Shown: piece after piece, positions 1 to 12,200 of the stretch | Numbering within the stretch: the stretch's first letter is position 1 | Layout: every line of letters starts with the position of its first letter | NCBI GenBank assembly: GCA_951406725.2 | Contig: OX597816.1 | Span: forward strand, 178,684,001-178,748,000 | Source of the DNA: Octopus vulgaris | Lineage: Eukaryota | DNA: 64,000 nt | Direction of reading: 5' to 3' | Notes under the pieces: generated by a model | Databases searched by the model: none | Told to the model about the DNA's origin: nothing | Seen by the model: only the letters and a program-made list of their open reading frames with translations | Made by a program: the position numbers and the translations under genes

Positions 1-149
1 GTAAACAATTATAACCACAAATTATTATGGTTACCACTGCCTCCACCGACATTTCATAACATTGTTTACCAATCAATTTCTACCGTTACAATTGGTGTCC
101 CTCGACTTCAACTAAAAACTACAACTAAAAACTTTTCCGTTACACAGCT

Positions 150-570
150 TTCCTGGGATCTTTTGGTGAGTTGCGAGCTACTATTTGCAAATGTAAGAAG
201 GCTGTTGCCTTTCCTATGAAACTTGGGAATATGCCATTGATGTTGCACAGGAAGTACACGTCGATAAGGCTGCCGAGTCGCTGATACCTATACTATTGTT
301 GGAAAGCACGTTGGAGGGATTTTTAATCCAGATATAATTGTTCTGCTCAAAGAAATGTTAGCAAGTGAACAGGTTGATGCAAATTTCTTGGCCTGAGATT
401 TGAGTGATGTTTTCAACAGTCAAGTACTTTGAGAAGGAGTGGATTAGTAATGGCGGAGTGGTAGCTATTGATATCAAACTGGAAAAACTTCATACCACGC
501 TTAATTGATCGATGATTTCTAATGTGTTAATCCATAATAGTAAACATGATACCTTCTTGAAATGATTCTA
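150..570 (-). mobile_element. Degenerate Penelope-like element, RT fragment (part downstream of the mariner insertion)
   Basis: Hand translation of the minus strand gives LWINTLEIIDQL and MKFFQFDINSYHSAITNPLLLKVL, resembling the PLE RT motif (F.QFDI..FYPSI). Frameshifts and stops present. Left boundary approximate. Confidence 0.65.
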
Positions 571-1810
571 TCAGTACATCCCATAAGTTCTGTTCGATTT
601 TACCTTTTTTAAAATTGAATGAAATTTTATAGTATTTTAGAATGTCTAATGGAATTGAAAATTATTTTTATGCATTTGTGTAGATTTAAAAAAAATTAAA
701 TATTATTTTACAGAATAATAGAATTAATATTACTTTGATTAAAGCCCTTTCTAACATGGAAGTATCCAAAGAGCATTTGAGGCACATAATGCTTTATGAG
801 TACAAAAAAAGGAAACTCTGCAGCTGAAGCGACTCGAAACACACACTCAGTTTATGGGAAAGAATGCTTGAATGAAAGAACTCTCAGAAGATGGTTTGCA
901 AACTTCAGAAGTGGAGATTTCAGCCTTGAAGATGAAGATCGAACAGGACGTCCAGTTGAGTTTGATGATAAAGCTCCTTGAGACATTACTTGAAGAAAAT
1001 ACTGCATTATCAGTTGAAGAATTGGCAATAAATCTTAGTTCAAGCCATACAACTGTTCACCGTTATCTTCAACAACTTCGAAAGGTTCCTAAACTTGGAA
1101 AATGGGTGCCTCATGGGTTCGAAAGCAACCGCAAATCCCGAGTTGACATCTACTCTTCTCTCCATTCTCGCGAACTAATTTCACCCTTTTTAGATAGACT
1201 TGTGACTGGTGACGAAAAAGGGATCTTCTATCGAAATGTTAAACGTCGTAAACAGTGGCCTGGTAAAAGGGAAAAAACTCAACCACAACTGAGAAGAGAA
1301 CTTCCCTCTATCTGATGGGATTGCAAAGGAGTAATTCACTTTGAATTGTTACCACCTAATGCAACAATCAATGCTCAAATCTACTGTCAGCAATTTGTGC
1401 GTTTGAACCAAGCTTTGAAGAAAAAAAGACCCGAAAAGGAGTGATATTTCATCAGGACAATGCGCGACCCCACACTGCAAAGATCACATCACAGAAGATC
1501 GAAGAGCTTGGGTGAGAAAAAAATCCTCATCCACCTTAGAATCCCGACCATGCTCCTTCAGACTACCATTTGTTTCGTAGTTTACAGAATCATTTGGGGG
1601 ACATAACTTTCGCAAGCCAGGAGGAGGTCGAAACTGACATTTCAGAGTTCTTCGCTTTGAAACCAAAAGAATTTTACATTGATGGGATTAAAAAGCTTGT
1701 AAATAGATAATCAGGGAAAGTACATTGATGGTTAAATTTCAATTAAATATAACATTTGATCACTTGTTTTCTTTATTCAAAATTCGGACAGATCTTATGG
1801 GATGACCTGA
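571..1810 (+). mobile_element. Full-length mariner transposon with a decayed transposase
   Basis: Imperfect ~30-bp TIRs (571-600 TCAGTACATCCCATAAGTTCTGTTCGATTT; 1781-1810 revcomp TCAGGTCATCCCATAAGATCTGTCCGAATT), flanked by TA at 569-570 and 1811-1812. Confidence 0.95.
756..1735 (+). pseudogene. Mariner (D,D34D-type) transposase pseudogene
   Basis: MEVSKEHLRHIMLYEY..., RRWFANFRSGDFSLED, KWVPH, VTGDEK, HQDNARPH and PDHAPSDYHLF motifs are spread over several frames with stops. Confidence 0.93.
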
Positions 1811-1812
1811 TA

Positions 1813-2270
1813 GTAAGTGCTTGCTAAGTTTATCTATGCTTTTTTTTATGCGCTTGTTAAGTCTTATGGAAGCTTTACAGTTGAAATTATCCTTGTTGCC
1901 GATAAAGAGAAAGAACGGTTGATCGGAGTTCAAAATCTCAGTTCTGTTTCTTCTATTTTGAACCGGAAATAATAATTTTATCCTTTTGGTTAATGCCGTT
2001 AAGGGTGTTCCAGTTTTATTTATTTCTTTTCTAGTGGTACTGTTAGATATACGTTTGTGATGGAGTCTCATATATGATCTTTAATATATCTTGAAGACGT
2101 TACTCGATTTTTTTTTTGTAAAGGCTTTAATTTTGTTAGCCAAAAGTTTCTAGAAAGTGAGGTTGGAATTTATGAATTTAATCTGTTTGATAACCTAAAG
2201 AATACACTTTTCAAATGGGATTAGCAGCTTGTTAAGTGCTTGACATTTGCAGGCTTTCAAAGTGTTTGTT
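1813..2270 (-). mobile_element. Degenerate Penelope-like element, N-terminal/RT fragment (upstream of the mariner insertion)
   Basis: ORF 1760..2071 contains QPFFLFIGNKDNFNCKASIRLNKRIKKSIDKLSKHLL, resembling the PLE pre-RT segment (F.TLKDHK.NF....RLINP.KS.IG.ISK.IL). It joins the 150-570 fragment once the mariner is removed. Confidence 0.65.
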
Positions 2271-2596
2271 CAAGTTCGGTGTTTTCGCTGGTTCGTCCAG
2301 GATGCGCGCTCTCTACCAGTTTTCTCTAGTAATCGGCCGGTTTTTTTACGTCATACAACAACAACACGCACACAGGGCTGTATTTTAGTTCATTTTAATT
2401 AATTAATTAATTAAAGAATATGACAATAGCCTTTACAAAGATTTCTTTGCGATTGTCTTTCTCCATGGGTGTCTGATATTTATATGAATTTTGTTGACGG
2501 TGGGTTTAATTGAGTTTATATGTACTTCTTGTGTTCATGTTTCTTACGTGTGCGCATGTGCGTGCATGCGTGTGTATGCATGTTTTTTTTTATGTA

Positions 2597-3010
2597 GGCG
2601 CAGGAGTGGCTGTGTGGTAAGTAGCTTGCTAACCAACCACATGGTTCCGGGTTCAGTCCCACTGCGTGGCATCTTGGGCAAGTGTCTTCTGCTATAGCCC
2701 CGGGCCGACCAATGCCTTGTGAGTGGATTTGGTAGACGGAAACTGAAAGAAGCCTGTCGTATATATGTATATATATACGTATGTGTGTGCATATGTTTGT
2801 GTGTCTGTGTTTGTCCCCCTAGCATTGCTTGACAACCGATGCTGGTGTGTTTACGTCCCCGTCACTTAGCGGTTCGGCAAAAGAGACCGATAGATTAAGT
2901 ACTGGGCTTACAAAGAATAAGTCCCGGGGTCGATTTGCTCAACTAAAGGCGGTGCTCCAGCATGGCCGCAGTCAAATGACTGAAACAAGTAAAAAGAGAG
3001 TAAAAAGAGA
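2597..3010 (+). mobile_element. SINE family A, full length (tRNA-derived head, internal microsatellite; resembles octopus OR-type SINEs)
   Basis: A-box-like TGGCTGTGTGG, B-box-like GGTTCAGTCCC, CTTGGGCAAGT core, (TA)/(TG) middle, AGTAAAAG tail. Near-identical copies at 25709, 37789(-) and 52298. Confidence 0.9.
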
Positions 3011-3634
3011 TCATAATACATGCGCAGGAAGGCGGACCGAACGCATGCCAGCTCGCCAGTCGGCCTTGACATTCATATATATACATTCAGTCACTTACAT
3101 GCCAACACAATGAGCAGCTTGTATAATTCACCGAATAACCGGAACACTCACTTATGAAATTTTATTATTACACAGACGCGTGCGTGCATATATACATATA
3201 TTAGATCGATAGTTAGAGTAAATCATAGCTATTTTCACTTGAAACACATCTGCTTATTCCATTGTTACTGCCAATACGCATCCATAGTTACTGCTTTATC
3301 TTAGTCAAAATACATACTAAAATAGGGAATTATGGAAATATTATTTGCAGAGTTATTATATAGCAAAACAGGAAGGAGGAAATCTTTTGGGTATTATTTA
3401 TTCTCCATTACACGCGTTTCATTTACTAATAGGAATTACAAAGATTTACATGTTAGATAGACATGTATTTCTATGTAATTCCTATTAGCAAATGAACTCG
3501 AGAAATGAAGAATAAATATTACCAAAAAATTTCCACTTTCCACACACACACACACACACACACAAAGCACAATGAGTAGGTTCTGTAGTTTATCGAATAA
3601 TCGGAAGACTCCCTTGTGAAATTTTATACATACA

Positions 3635-4429
3635 GGCACAAGAGTGGCTATGTGGTAAGAAGCTTGCTTCCCAACCACACGGTTTCGGGTTCATACCCAC
3701 TGCATAGCACCTTGGGCAAATGTCTTCTGCTATAGCCTCGGGCTAACCAAAGCCTTGTGAGTGGATTTGGCAGACGGAAACTGTAAGAAGCCCGTCGTAT
3801 ATATATATATATATAAGATAAGAAAATGGAGAAATACATCTAAATCAAATATCAATTACCAGATAATACTCAATCACATACTTTATTAAACCACCACATA
3901 AGAGACTGTAGGGTTAAACATAAAAAAGCAGAACAAATCAGTGTACATAAAAAGGCTAATATTGGTAAAATGAGACATACTTATCTACATGGCCGAAACA
4001 GCTGTAAGATGTAATCTATACTTATATTTATATTGACTTATATTTATATTCTCTTTTTTATATATATTCTACTTATTATTCAACATTACTCTTTTATGTA
4101 CACTTTTTTATGTACATTCCTTTATGTACACTGATTTGTTCTGCTTTTTTATGTTTAACCCTACAGTCTCTTATGTGGTGGTTTAATAAAGTCTGTGATT
4201 GAGTATTATCTGATAATTGATATTTGATTTAGATGTATTTCTCCATTTTCTTATCTTGTATTAGTAATTGTGGTAAATCATTTTACCTTTGCCCATATAA
4301 TACAGTAAATGAATTGATTGCATCGCAATCCTTAACATTTATGTATTAACTTTGTTGGGTACTTCACTAGCAGTATATTGGATATATGTTATCCCATGGA
4401 GGGTTGCATTTACAACCCCTATCTCAATT

Positions 4430-4493
<64 letters not shown>

Positions 4494-4503
4494 GGTATGT
4501 ATG

Positions 4504-4537
<34 letters not shown>

Positions 4538-4670
4538 TTTGTGTGTCCTATGTTTGTCCCCTCATCATCACTTGACACCAATGTTGGTGTGTTTACATCA
4601 CCGTGATCTAGCGGTTCGGCAAAAGAGAGCGATAGAATAAGTCCTAGGATTGATTTGTTCGACTAAAGGC
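3635..4670 (+). mobile_element. SINE family A copy split at its internal microsatellite by a fold-back insertion
   Basis: 5' half at 3635-3800 and 3' half at ~4540-4670 both match the 2597-3010 copy. Confidence 0.8.
3813..4430 (+). mobile_element. Fold-back insertion, probably a PLE pseudo-LTR with a 5' inversion
   Basis: ~140-bp inverted arms at 3815-3952 and 4121-4257. The spacer holds GGCCGAAACAGCTGTAAG, a hammerhead 3' half. Microsatellites flank both sides. Confidence 0.65.
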
Positions 4671-4679
4671 TAAGCTAAC

Positions 4680-6565
4680 TGAAGACTAGAGGTCCTGTAG
4701 ACTGCTGAGAAAAGCTGCCGCTGCTTGAGCTACATCTACTCCAGCAGTGTGGAAGCTATCGGGTGTGTTCTGCTGTTGCAAGGGCCGCAGAAACCTCACA
4801 AAAGACTGCTATTTGTCGGGCACGCAACGCTGCATCCACTTCTGCCGCGAGGTTGGCAGATAACGATAACCATCGGATGATGAGACTTCAGTCTAATATT
4901 CACCGGAAGCCTCTTACCCATAGCTATTGGAAGCCAGTGATAGTCGATGGGCATCAAAGGCGCTCAACTATGATCCTGCCGAGGATTACACCACTCATCG
5001 AGAGACTGTTGCGGGGGACATGTCTGTAATATGTCCAATTTACAAGGCCCTCAAGTGGGCTGGAGAATCCAGTGGCCCAAGCTACTCAAACGGAAATATT
5101 CGTTTACCTGACCTGCAAAACACTCCTCAGCCTTTGTTCTCTTTGCTCCTTGGTCAACACCCTGACTCGCGGCAATTTATACAGATGAAAAATTTCGGTC
5201 ACAAACCCATTCATGAAGAATCCTATATGCCAATGTTCAAAATTCAGGGCCAAACCTATCATCGGATAGACTCTATTCTTCCTGTCAACAACACTGAACA
5301 CCGATTCCTTCAAATTTACTTCATGGGAGATACCGCTGAGCAAACGGTTTGCCGAGCTCAGGTGGCACCTGGAACAAAAATGCCTCTTTTGAATGAACTT
5401 CTGGAAATGCCCCTCACCACTAACCGATATGTCAGGGACTTCAAAACTGTTATACAACGCCGACATACAGACGTGCCCAACTTCAAAGTTATCATAAGGA
5501 ATGACCAAACTCCTATTGGAGAGCACCAAGGATGCTTTAACCTGCCCCAAAATAACGAAATTTCAGTTCTGCTCTGCCGTCCCGATGAAGCCATACCGTC
5601 GACTACACGGCCACGTCTTTAACTAATACATCAACATGTTTTTTCATGTCAACTCTTTAGCAGCTGTTTCGACACACCGACGTGGGATGGCGTGGGATGG
5701 TCCACAAGAGTTTTTACATCCTCATGGTGTGGACTGGGCAACGTTCTGACTATGGTCTGAATGGCTAAAAGCTTGAATACTCTACAATCATTCTTCAATT
5801 ATCATTGTGCGTTACGGGTGGACATGATCCTTTTTTAATCCTTCATGATAGCGCATTAGTGACTGTCATTATATGCAGGGGGCAACTCTAATTAAAACTC
5901 TATTCACAATAAGATTCATGCTGGCTATTTTGAGTACGTATATAGGTGTTTCTTGTTCACTTTTACCGTCATTACAACTTCACAACTATGTCTGATTTCA
6001 ACGCGACATCTTTTCACTGCGAACTGCTAAAGATTCCTTTTTCGTTACCTGAAGTCAATTTCAGATTGGTCGTACACTGTAAACATGTAGCAAATATATT
6101 CCTTTAACTCTACTTTTTCAAATATTGCTATTTTTGAACGTACCTATCATACTTTTCTCCAAAAAAAAAAAAAAAAAAGCTCCCTTCTCTGTTGAATAAA
6201 ATAAACTCGCAGAGGGGAACTTTCGCCGTCTTCCTTTAATTTCCTTACACCATTTATGTGGCTGATTCTGACAAGAAATTTCGCTTTCGTGTAAAACAAC
6301 TATATTTTATAGCCATTATCCGTAATCTACTCCCAAAACACTTTAGTAGCTCGACTTTGCATCGCTTGCAGACTTATATGTTCTATGATAATCAAAGTGC
6401 AACGACCTCTACAATAATAAGCCTTCAATTTAGTTTTCTGCTCCTAAATTAATCGGGAACATAGATTGCGTGCTACCCATAAACCTTCTCGGTAGTTCGA
6501 TTATTTGGTGAAAAAAATACCACCAAAGCAAGTTAAACCGTCCAAAGGACGGGTGCGTTTGCTAG
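4680..6565 (+). mobile_element. Helitron remnant with a Rep/helicase N-terminal fragment and a 3' terminus
   Basis: ORF 4927..5622 contains GDMSVICPIYKALKW and MFKIQGQTYHRIDSILP...FLQIYF, typical of Helitron N-terminal regions. Hairpin CCGTCC-AAA-GGACGG is followed by CTAG at 6562-6565. Continuity of the middle is not proven. Confidence 0.75.
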
Positions 6566-7289
6566 TCATTCCATAAGATTTGTTTATGGAGAAAAAATTA
6601 TGAAAAATATCAATAGATGTGTGAGTGAGAAAGAAATGAGGAGGGACATTTTGGGATGTGCTAGAAACAACAGCCAGATCTCCTTTAAATCACACATTTT
6701 CCTCTGAAATTATTAACAATATTTTTTAAACCGAAAATATTTCTCTCACGTATTTTAAGAGCGTAGCGAATAGAAAAAATGGCAAAAATCGTTTCGGACT
6801 GGGGTGGTGAGGGGTGACGGAAGTGAAAAAGAAAATTTTCAAAATTTTTTTCTGTTTTTTCCGTGAAAACATGCCTCCCATCTTTCTGAAGACTTTTGTG
6901 AAAAACACTGGAAAAAAACCTCTCAAAGCGGAGAAATTCCAACTTATGTGGGCCGTCTGATCCGAAACTCCGTTTTCTCAGAACCCCTCCCCACGCCCTC
7001 TTCCAAAACTTTTACCCATAAATTTATTTGTAATCGTAATCTGCACCGTTTGAAAGGTATTTGTATAAAATTTCATTAAAAAATACTTATTTTCCAGAAA
7101 GTTATGGGGGAGGGGAATGTCGGGTCCTGTGAATTTTCCGAAACTCCTTTCCCCAACCCCTTCAAAAATTTTTTCGAGCAAATCTTTATATACACTCAAT
7201 CTACAGGATATAAGAGATTATTTGGTGAAAGCGTCATTAAAAAGTATCCATTATTCTAGAATTTATGAGGCAACAGAATCGGTGGGGTA

Positions 7290-7423
7290 TTAAACTGTAG
7301 TTAAGCAACTCTTCAATAAAAGTTAACGTTAACGGATTAACGTTGACTTCCGTTACGTCTTCAAAGAATTAACGGATTAAAGATTAACGAAGTTAACTTT
7401 TCGATTAACGGTGCCCACCTCTG
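7290..7423. mobile_element. One end of an hAT-like MITE/transposon with subterminal TTAACG repeats
   Basis: Several TTAACG motifs ending in GTGCCCACCTCTG (revcomp CAGAGGTGGGCAC). Partner end not found. Confidence 0.45.
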
Positions 7424-7486
7424 TATATATATATTCGTTAGCTCCTACACGCATTTTTTTTCTCTCCTTGTTTTTTTTTCTGTGTA

Positions 7487-7524
7487 TCTTTCTGTCGAAG
7501 AGCGTAGGCTCGAAACGTAAAAGA
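7487..7524 (+). ncRNA. Minimal hammerhead-ribozyme-like motif (variant core)
   Basis: TCTTT-CTGTCGA-A-GAGC-GTAG-GCTC-GAAA-C-GTA-AAAGA: stem I TCTTT/AAAGA, stem II GAGC/GCTC, palindromic ACGT stem III. The core has U at the conserved A6. Lies in a ~190-bp unit between (TA)n tracts. Confidence 0.55.
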
Positions 7525-7625
7525 CTTGTTCTATTTCTATTCCTGAGCGCCATACTAATACATTTGTTTGTTTGTACTCCACCTGCCTTCGTCTTTTGTT
7601 TATTTTCGTAAACCTTCCCGTTATA

Positions 7626-7691
<66 letters not shown>

Positions 7692-7847
7692 TATACACAT
7701 GCACATGCAAACATATAAATACATACATATAACAATGCACACACACACTCATATACGTATATATGGAGATATGGAGATAGTGATGCAGATAAACACGGTT
7801 AAGCTTGATATATATAAGTAAACATATATACATATGCGCATATAAAT

Positions 7848-7932
<85 letters not shown>

Positions 7933-8065
7933 TATGACTAAATGTATTCAGAAGATAAATATATTATGTACAGCCATATAAATATTTGTATATGTATAGA
8001 CAAATAGATTTACCTACAGTATAAAAAATACTGAACATTAAGGTGAAAATGCAGAATTTTTTTAA

Positions 8066-8230
8066 CTTGACAGCTGTTTCTGGAAGCTCAGGGTTACGGA
8101 ATAATCGTAATGCTCATGATAATGTTCATAATGTTCATAATTCAGGAATGTGCAAAAAATCATAGGTATTCGACCAATAAATAGTCGCACAGAGATATTA
8201 TCATGAGACCGGCTTCCTTCATCGGGAGAA
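8066..8230 (-). ncRNA. Hammerhead-like motif with a long stem-II insert
   Basis: Minus strand reads CCGATGA-A-GGAAGC...(~130 nt)...GCTTCC-A-GAAA-CAGCTG-TC. Stem I is weak. A related degenerate copy is at ~37040-37180(-). Confidence 0.45.
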
Positions 8231-8472
8231 AGAACTGACGTATATATGCGTGTGTCTGTGAGTGTGTTTGCTTTGTGTTTGTATTTGTCCCACACCAGCG
8301 CTTGACAACCAGTGTTGGTTTGTTTATGTCCCCATAAAAGTTGGGTTTTTTTACGCCCCCCCCCCCAAAAAAAAGATACCGCTACAATAAATACTGGGGT
8401 CGATTTATTCAGCTCAACCCATCATAGTAGGGCCCCGGTATGGCTGCAATCCAGTGACTGAAACAAGTAAAA
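8225..8472 (+). mobile_element. SINE family A, degenerate 3' part
   Basis: GCTTGACAACC, GGGGTCGATTT and GTGACTGAAACAAGTAAAA match the family A 3' half. Confidence 0.7.
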
Positions 8473-8500
8473 AGTTATAGATATTTGTTTTCATTACATT

Positions 8501-8554
<54 letters not shown>

Positions 8555-8754
8555 AGTGTGTGTGTGGTGGGGCTGAGTATGTGTTACTGATTTCGTTTTA
8601 TGCATATCCCGTAGCTCTTCTCGCGTATGTCATCTTGTGTACCTCTTATAAAATGAACTTCATTTCGGTTCTTAATCATTTGCTATAAGAGCAATATTTC
8701 GAAAAACCACAAGACCAGCATGTATTTTATTTAGAATAATAGTTTCTGATTCAG

Positions 8755-8938
8755 ACACAAAGCCAGTAATTTTGAGGAGCTTTTGTAAATCCATAACATT
8801 AACCCCCCAGTAATTGATTGGATACTTTATTTTATCAACCTCGAAAGGATGAAAAGCAAAATTGACTTTGGCCGTATATAAAGCATGGATGTCACAAAGT
8901 ATCTTTCCGATGCTCTAACGATTCTACCAACTGGCTGC
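8755..8938 (-). mobile_element. SINE family B, degenerate
   Basis: Revcomp contains CAATTTTGCTTTTCATCCTTTCGAGGTTGATAAAATAAAGTA, the family B core seen at 30870-31102. Confidence 0.65.
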
Positions 8939-9222
8939 TTTCTTGTCTATTTAAATAAATAAATAACAGAAACTCGTCGCAAGGCGAGAGTACAGCAGGA
9001 CAGATCTTCAGAGAAAGAACTCCCATCTGACAGTTGTGTTTCGGCCCTTATACCTGACACTCTACGGGACTCAGGTTCACATAGGTCATGACTCCTAAGT
9101 GACCTCCAGCTGCTTTCCAAAATCCTGTTTCGGCGGAATTTGAAGGAGGGTCGTTCTGTTTGTGAACTTATGTTTCCCCAGGTCTGTGTTTCAGCCCACT
9201 ATTAATACAATTAATGGGTAGA

Positions 9223-12200
9223 CCCATTAATTGTATTAGCACCTCCCACTGATTGAACTTGCACCACCTTCTGATTGTATTAGCGCCACCCACTGATTGT
9301 ATTAGCACCGCCCATTGATTGTATTAGCACCACCCACTGATTGTCCAAGCACCATGTACTGATGGTATTAGTACCACCCACCGATTCTGCTAGCACCACC
9401 CATTGATTGTATTAGCACCACCCACTGATTGTCCAAGCACCATGTACTGATGGTATTAGGACCACCCACCGATTCTGCTAGCACCACCCATTGATTGTAT
9501 TAGCACCACCCACTGATTGTCCAAGCACCATGTACTAATGGTATTAGGACCACCCACCGATTCTGCTAGCACTGCCCATTGATTGTATTAGCACCACCCA
9601 CTGATTGTCCAAGCACCATGTACTGATGGTATTAGGACCACCCACCGATTCTGCTAGCACTGCCCATTGATTGTATTAGCACCTCCCACTGATTGTCCAA
9701 GCACCATGTACTGATGGTATTAGGACCACCCACCGATTCTGCTAGCACTGCCCATTGATTGTATTAGCACCACCCACTGATTGTCCAAGCACCATGTACT
9801 GATGGTATTAGGACCACCCACCGATTCTGCTAGCACTGCCCATTGATTGTATTATCATCACCCACTGATTGTCCAAGCACCATGTACTGATGGTATTAGG
9901 ACCACCCACCGATTCTGCTAGCACTGCCCATTGATTGTATTAGCACCACCCACTGATTGTCCAAGCACCATGTACTGATGGTATTAGGACCACCCACCGA
10001 TTCTGCTAGCACTGCCCATTGATTGTATTAGCACCACCCACTGATTGTCCAAGCACCATGTACTGATGGTATTAGGACCACCCACCTATTCTGCTAGCAC
10101 TGCCCATTGATTGTATTATCACCACCCACTGATTGTCCAAGCACCATGTACTGATGGTATTAGGACCACCCACCGATTCTGCTAGCACTGCCCGTTGATT
10201 GTATTATCACCACCCACTGATTGTCCAAGCACCATGTACTGATGGTATTAGGACCACCCACCGATTCTGCTAGCACTGCCCATTGATTGTATTAGCACCA
10301 CCCACTGATTGTCTAAGCACCATGTACTGATGGTATTAGGACCACCCACCGATTCTGCTAGCACTGCCCATTGATTGTATTATCACCACCCACTGATTGT
10401 CCAAGCACCATGTACTGATGGTATTAGGACCACCCACCGATTCTGCTAGCACTGCCCATTGATTGTATTAGCACCACCCACTGATTGATCAAGCACCATG
10501 TACTGATGGTATTAGGACCACCCACCGATTCTGCTAGCACTGCCCATTGATTGTATTATCACCACCCACTGATTGTCCAAGCACCATGTACTGATGGTAT
10601 TAGGACCACCCACCGATTCTGCTAGCACTGCCCATTGATTGTATTATCACCACCCACTGATTTTCCAAGCACCATGTACTGATGGTATTAGGACCACCCA
10701 CCGATTCTGCTAGCACTGCCCATTGATTGTATTAGCACCACCCACTGATTGTTCAAGCACCATGTACTGATGGTATTAGGACCACCCACCGATTCTGCTA
10801 GCACTGCCCATTGATTGTATTAGCACCACCCACTGATTGATCAAGCACCATGTACTGATGGTATTAGGACCACCCACTGATTCTGCTAGCACTGCCCATT
10901 GATTGTATTAGCACCACCCACTGATTGTCCAAGCACCATGTACTGATGGTATTAGGACCACCCACCGATTCTGCTAGCACTGCCCATTGATTGTATTAGC
11001 ACCACCCACTGATTGATCAAGCACCATGTACTGATGGTATTAGGACCACCCACCGATTCTGCTAGGACTGCCCATTGATTGTATTAGCACCACCCACTGA
11101 TTGTCCAAGCACCATGTACTGATAGTATTAGGACCACCCACCGATTCTGCTAGCACTGCCCATTGATTGTATTAGCACCACCCACTGATTGTCCAAGCAC
11201 CATGTACTGATGGTATTAGGACCACCCACCGATTCTGCTAGCACTGCCCATTGATTGTATTAGCACCACCCACTGATTGATCAAGCACCATGTACTGATG
11301 GTATTAGGACCACCCACCGATTCTGCTAGCACTGCCCATTGATTGTATTATCACCACCCACTGATTGTCCAAGCACCATGTACTGATGGTATTAGGACCA
11401 CCCACCGATTCTGCTAGCACTGCCCATTGATTGTATTATCACCACCCACTGATTGTCCAAGCACCATGTACTGATGGTATTAGGACCACCCACCGATTCT
11501 GCTAGCACTGCCCATTGATTGTATTAGCACCACCCACTGATTGTCCAAGCACCATGTACTGATGGTATTAGGACCACCCACCGATTCTTCTAGCACTGTC
11601 CATTGATTGTATTATCACCACCCACTGATTGTCCAAGCACCATGTACTGATGGTATTAGGACCACCCACCGATTCTGCTAGCACTGCCCGTTGATTGTAT
11701 TATCACCACCCACTGATTGTCCAAGCACCATGTACTGATGGTATTAGGACCACCCACCGATTCTGCTAGCACTGCCCATTGATTGTATTAGCACCACCCA
11801 CTGATTGTCCAAGCACCATGTACTGATGGTATTAGGACCACCCACCGATTCTGCTAGCACTGTCCATTGATTGTATTATCACCACCCACTGATTGTCCAA
11901 GCACCATGTACTGATGGTATTAGGACCACCCACCGATTCTGCTAGCACTGCCCGTTGATTGTATTATCACCACCCACTGATTGTCCAAGCACCATGTACT
12001 GATGGTATTAGGACCACCCACCGATTCTGCTAGCACTGCCCATTGATTGTATTAGCACCACCCACTGATTGTCCAAGCACCATGTACTGATGGTATTAGG
12101 ACCACCCACCGATTCTGCTAGCACTGCCCATTGATTGTATTAGCACCACCCACTGATTGTCCAAGCACCATGTACTGATGGTATTAGGACCACCCACCGA

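Noticed and set aside
2597-2670. tRNA gene
   Set aside because: A/B boxes belong to the SINE head, repeated with the same downstream body. No convincing cloverleaf.
9005-9056. Possible type II hammerhead on the minus strand (GAAACACAACTGTC...CTGAAGA)
   Set aside because: Core halves are in the right order, but stem II cannot close next to the core and stem I is weak.
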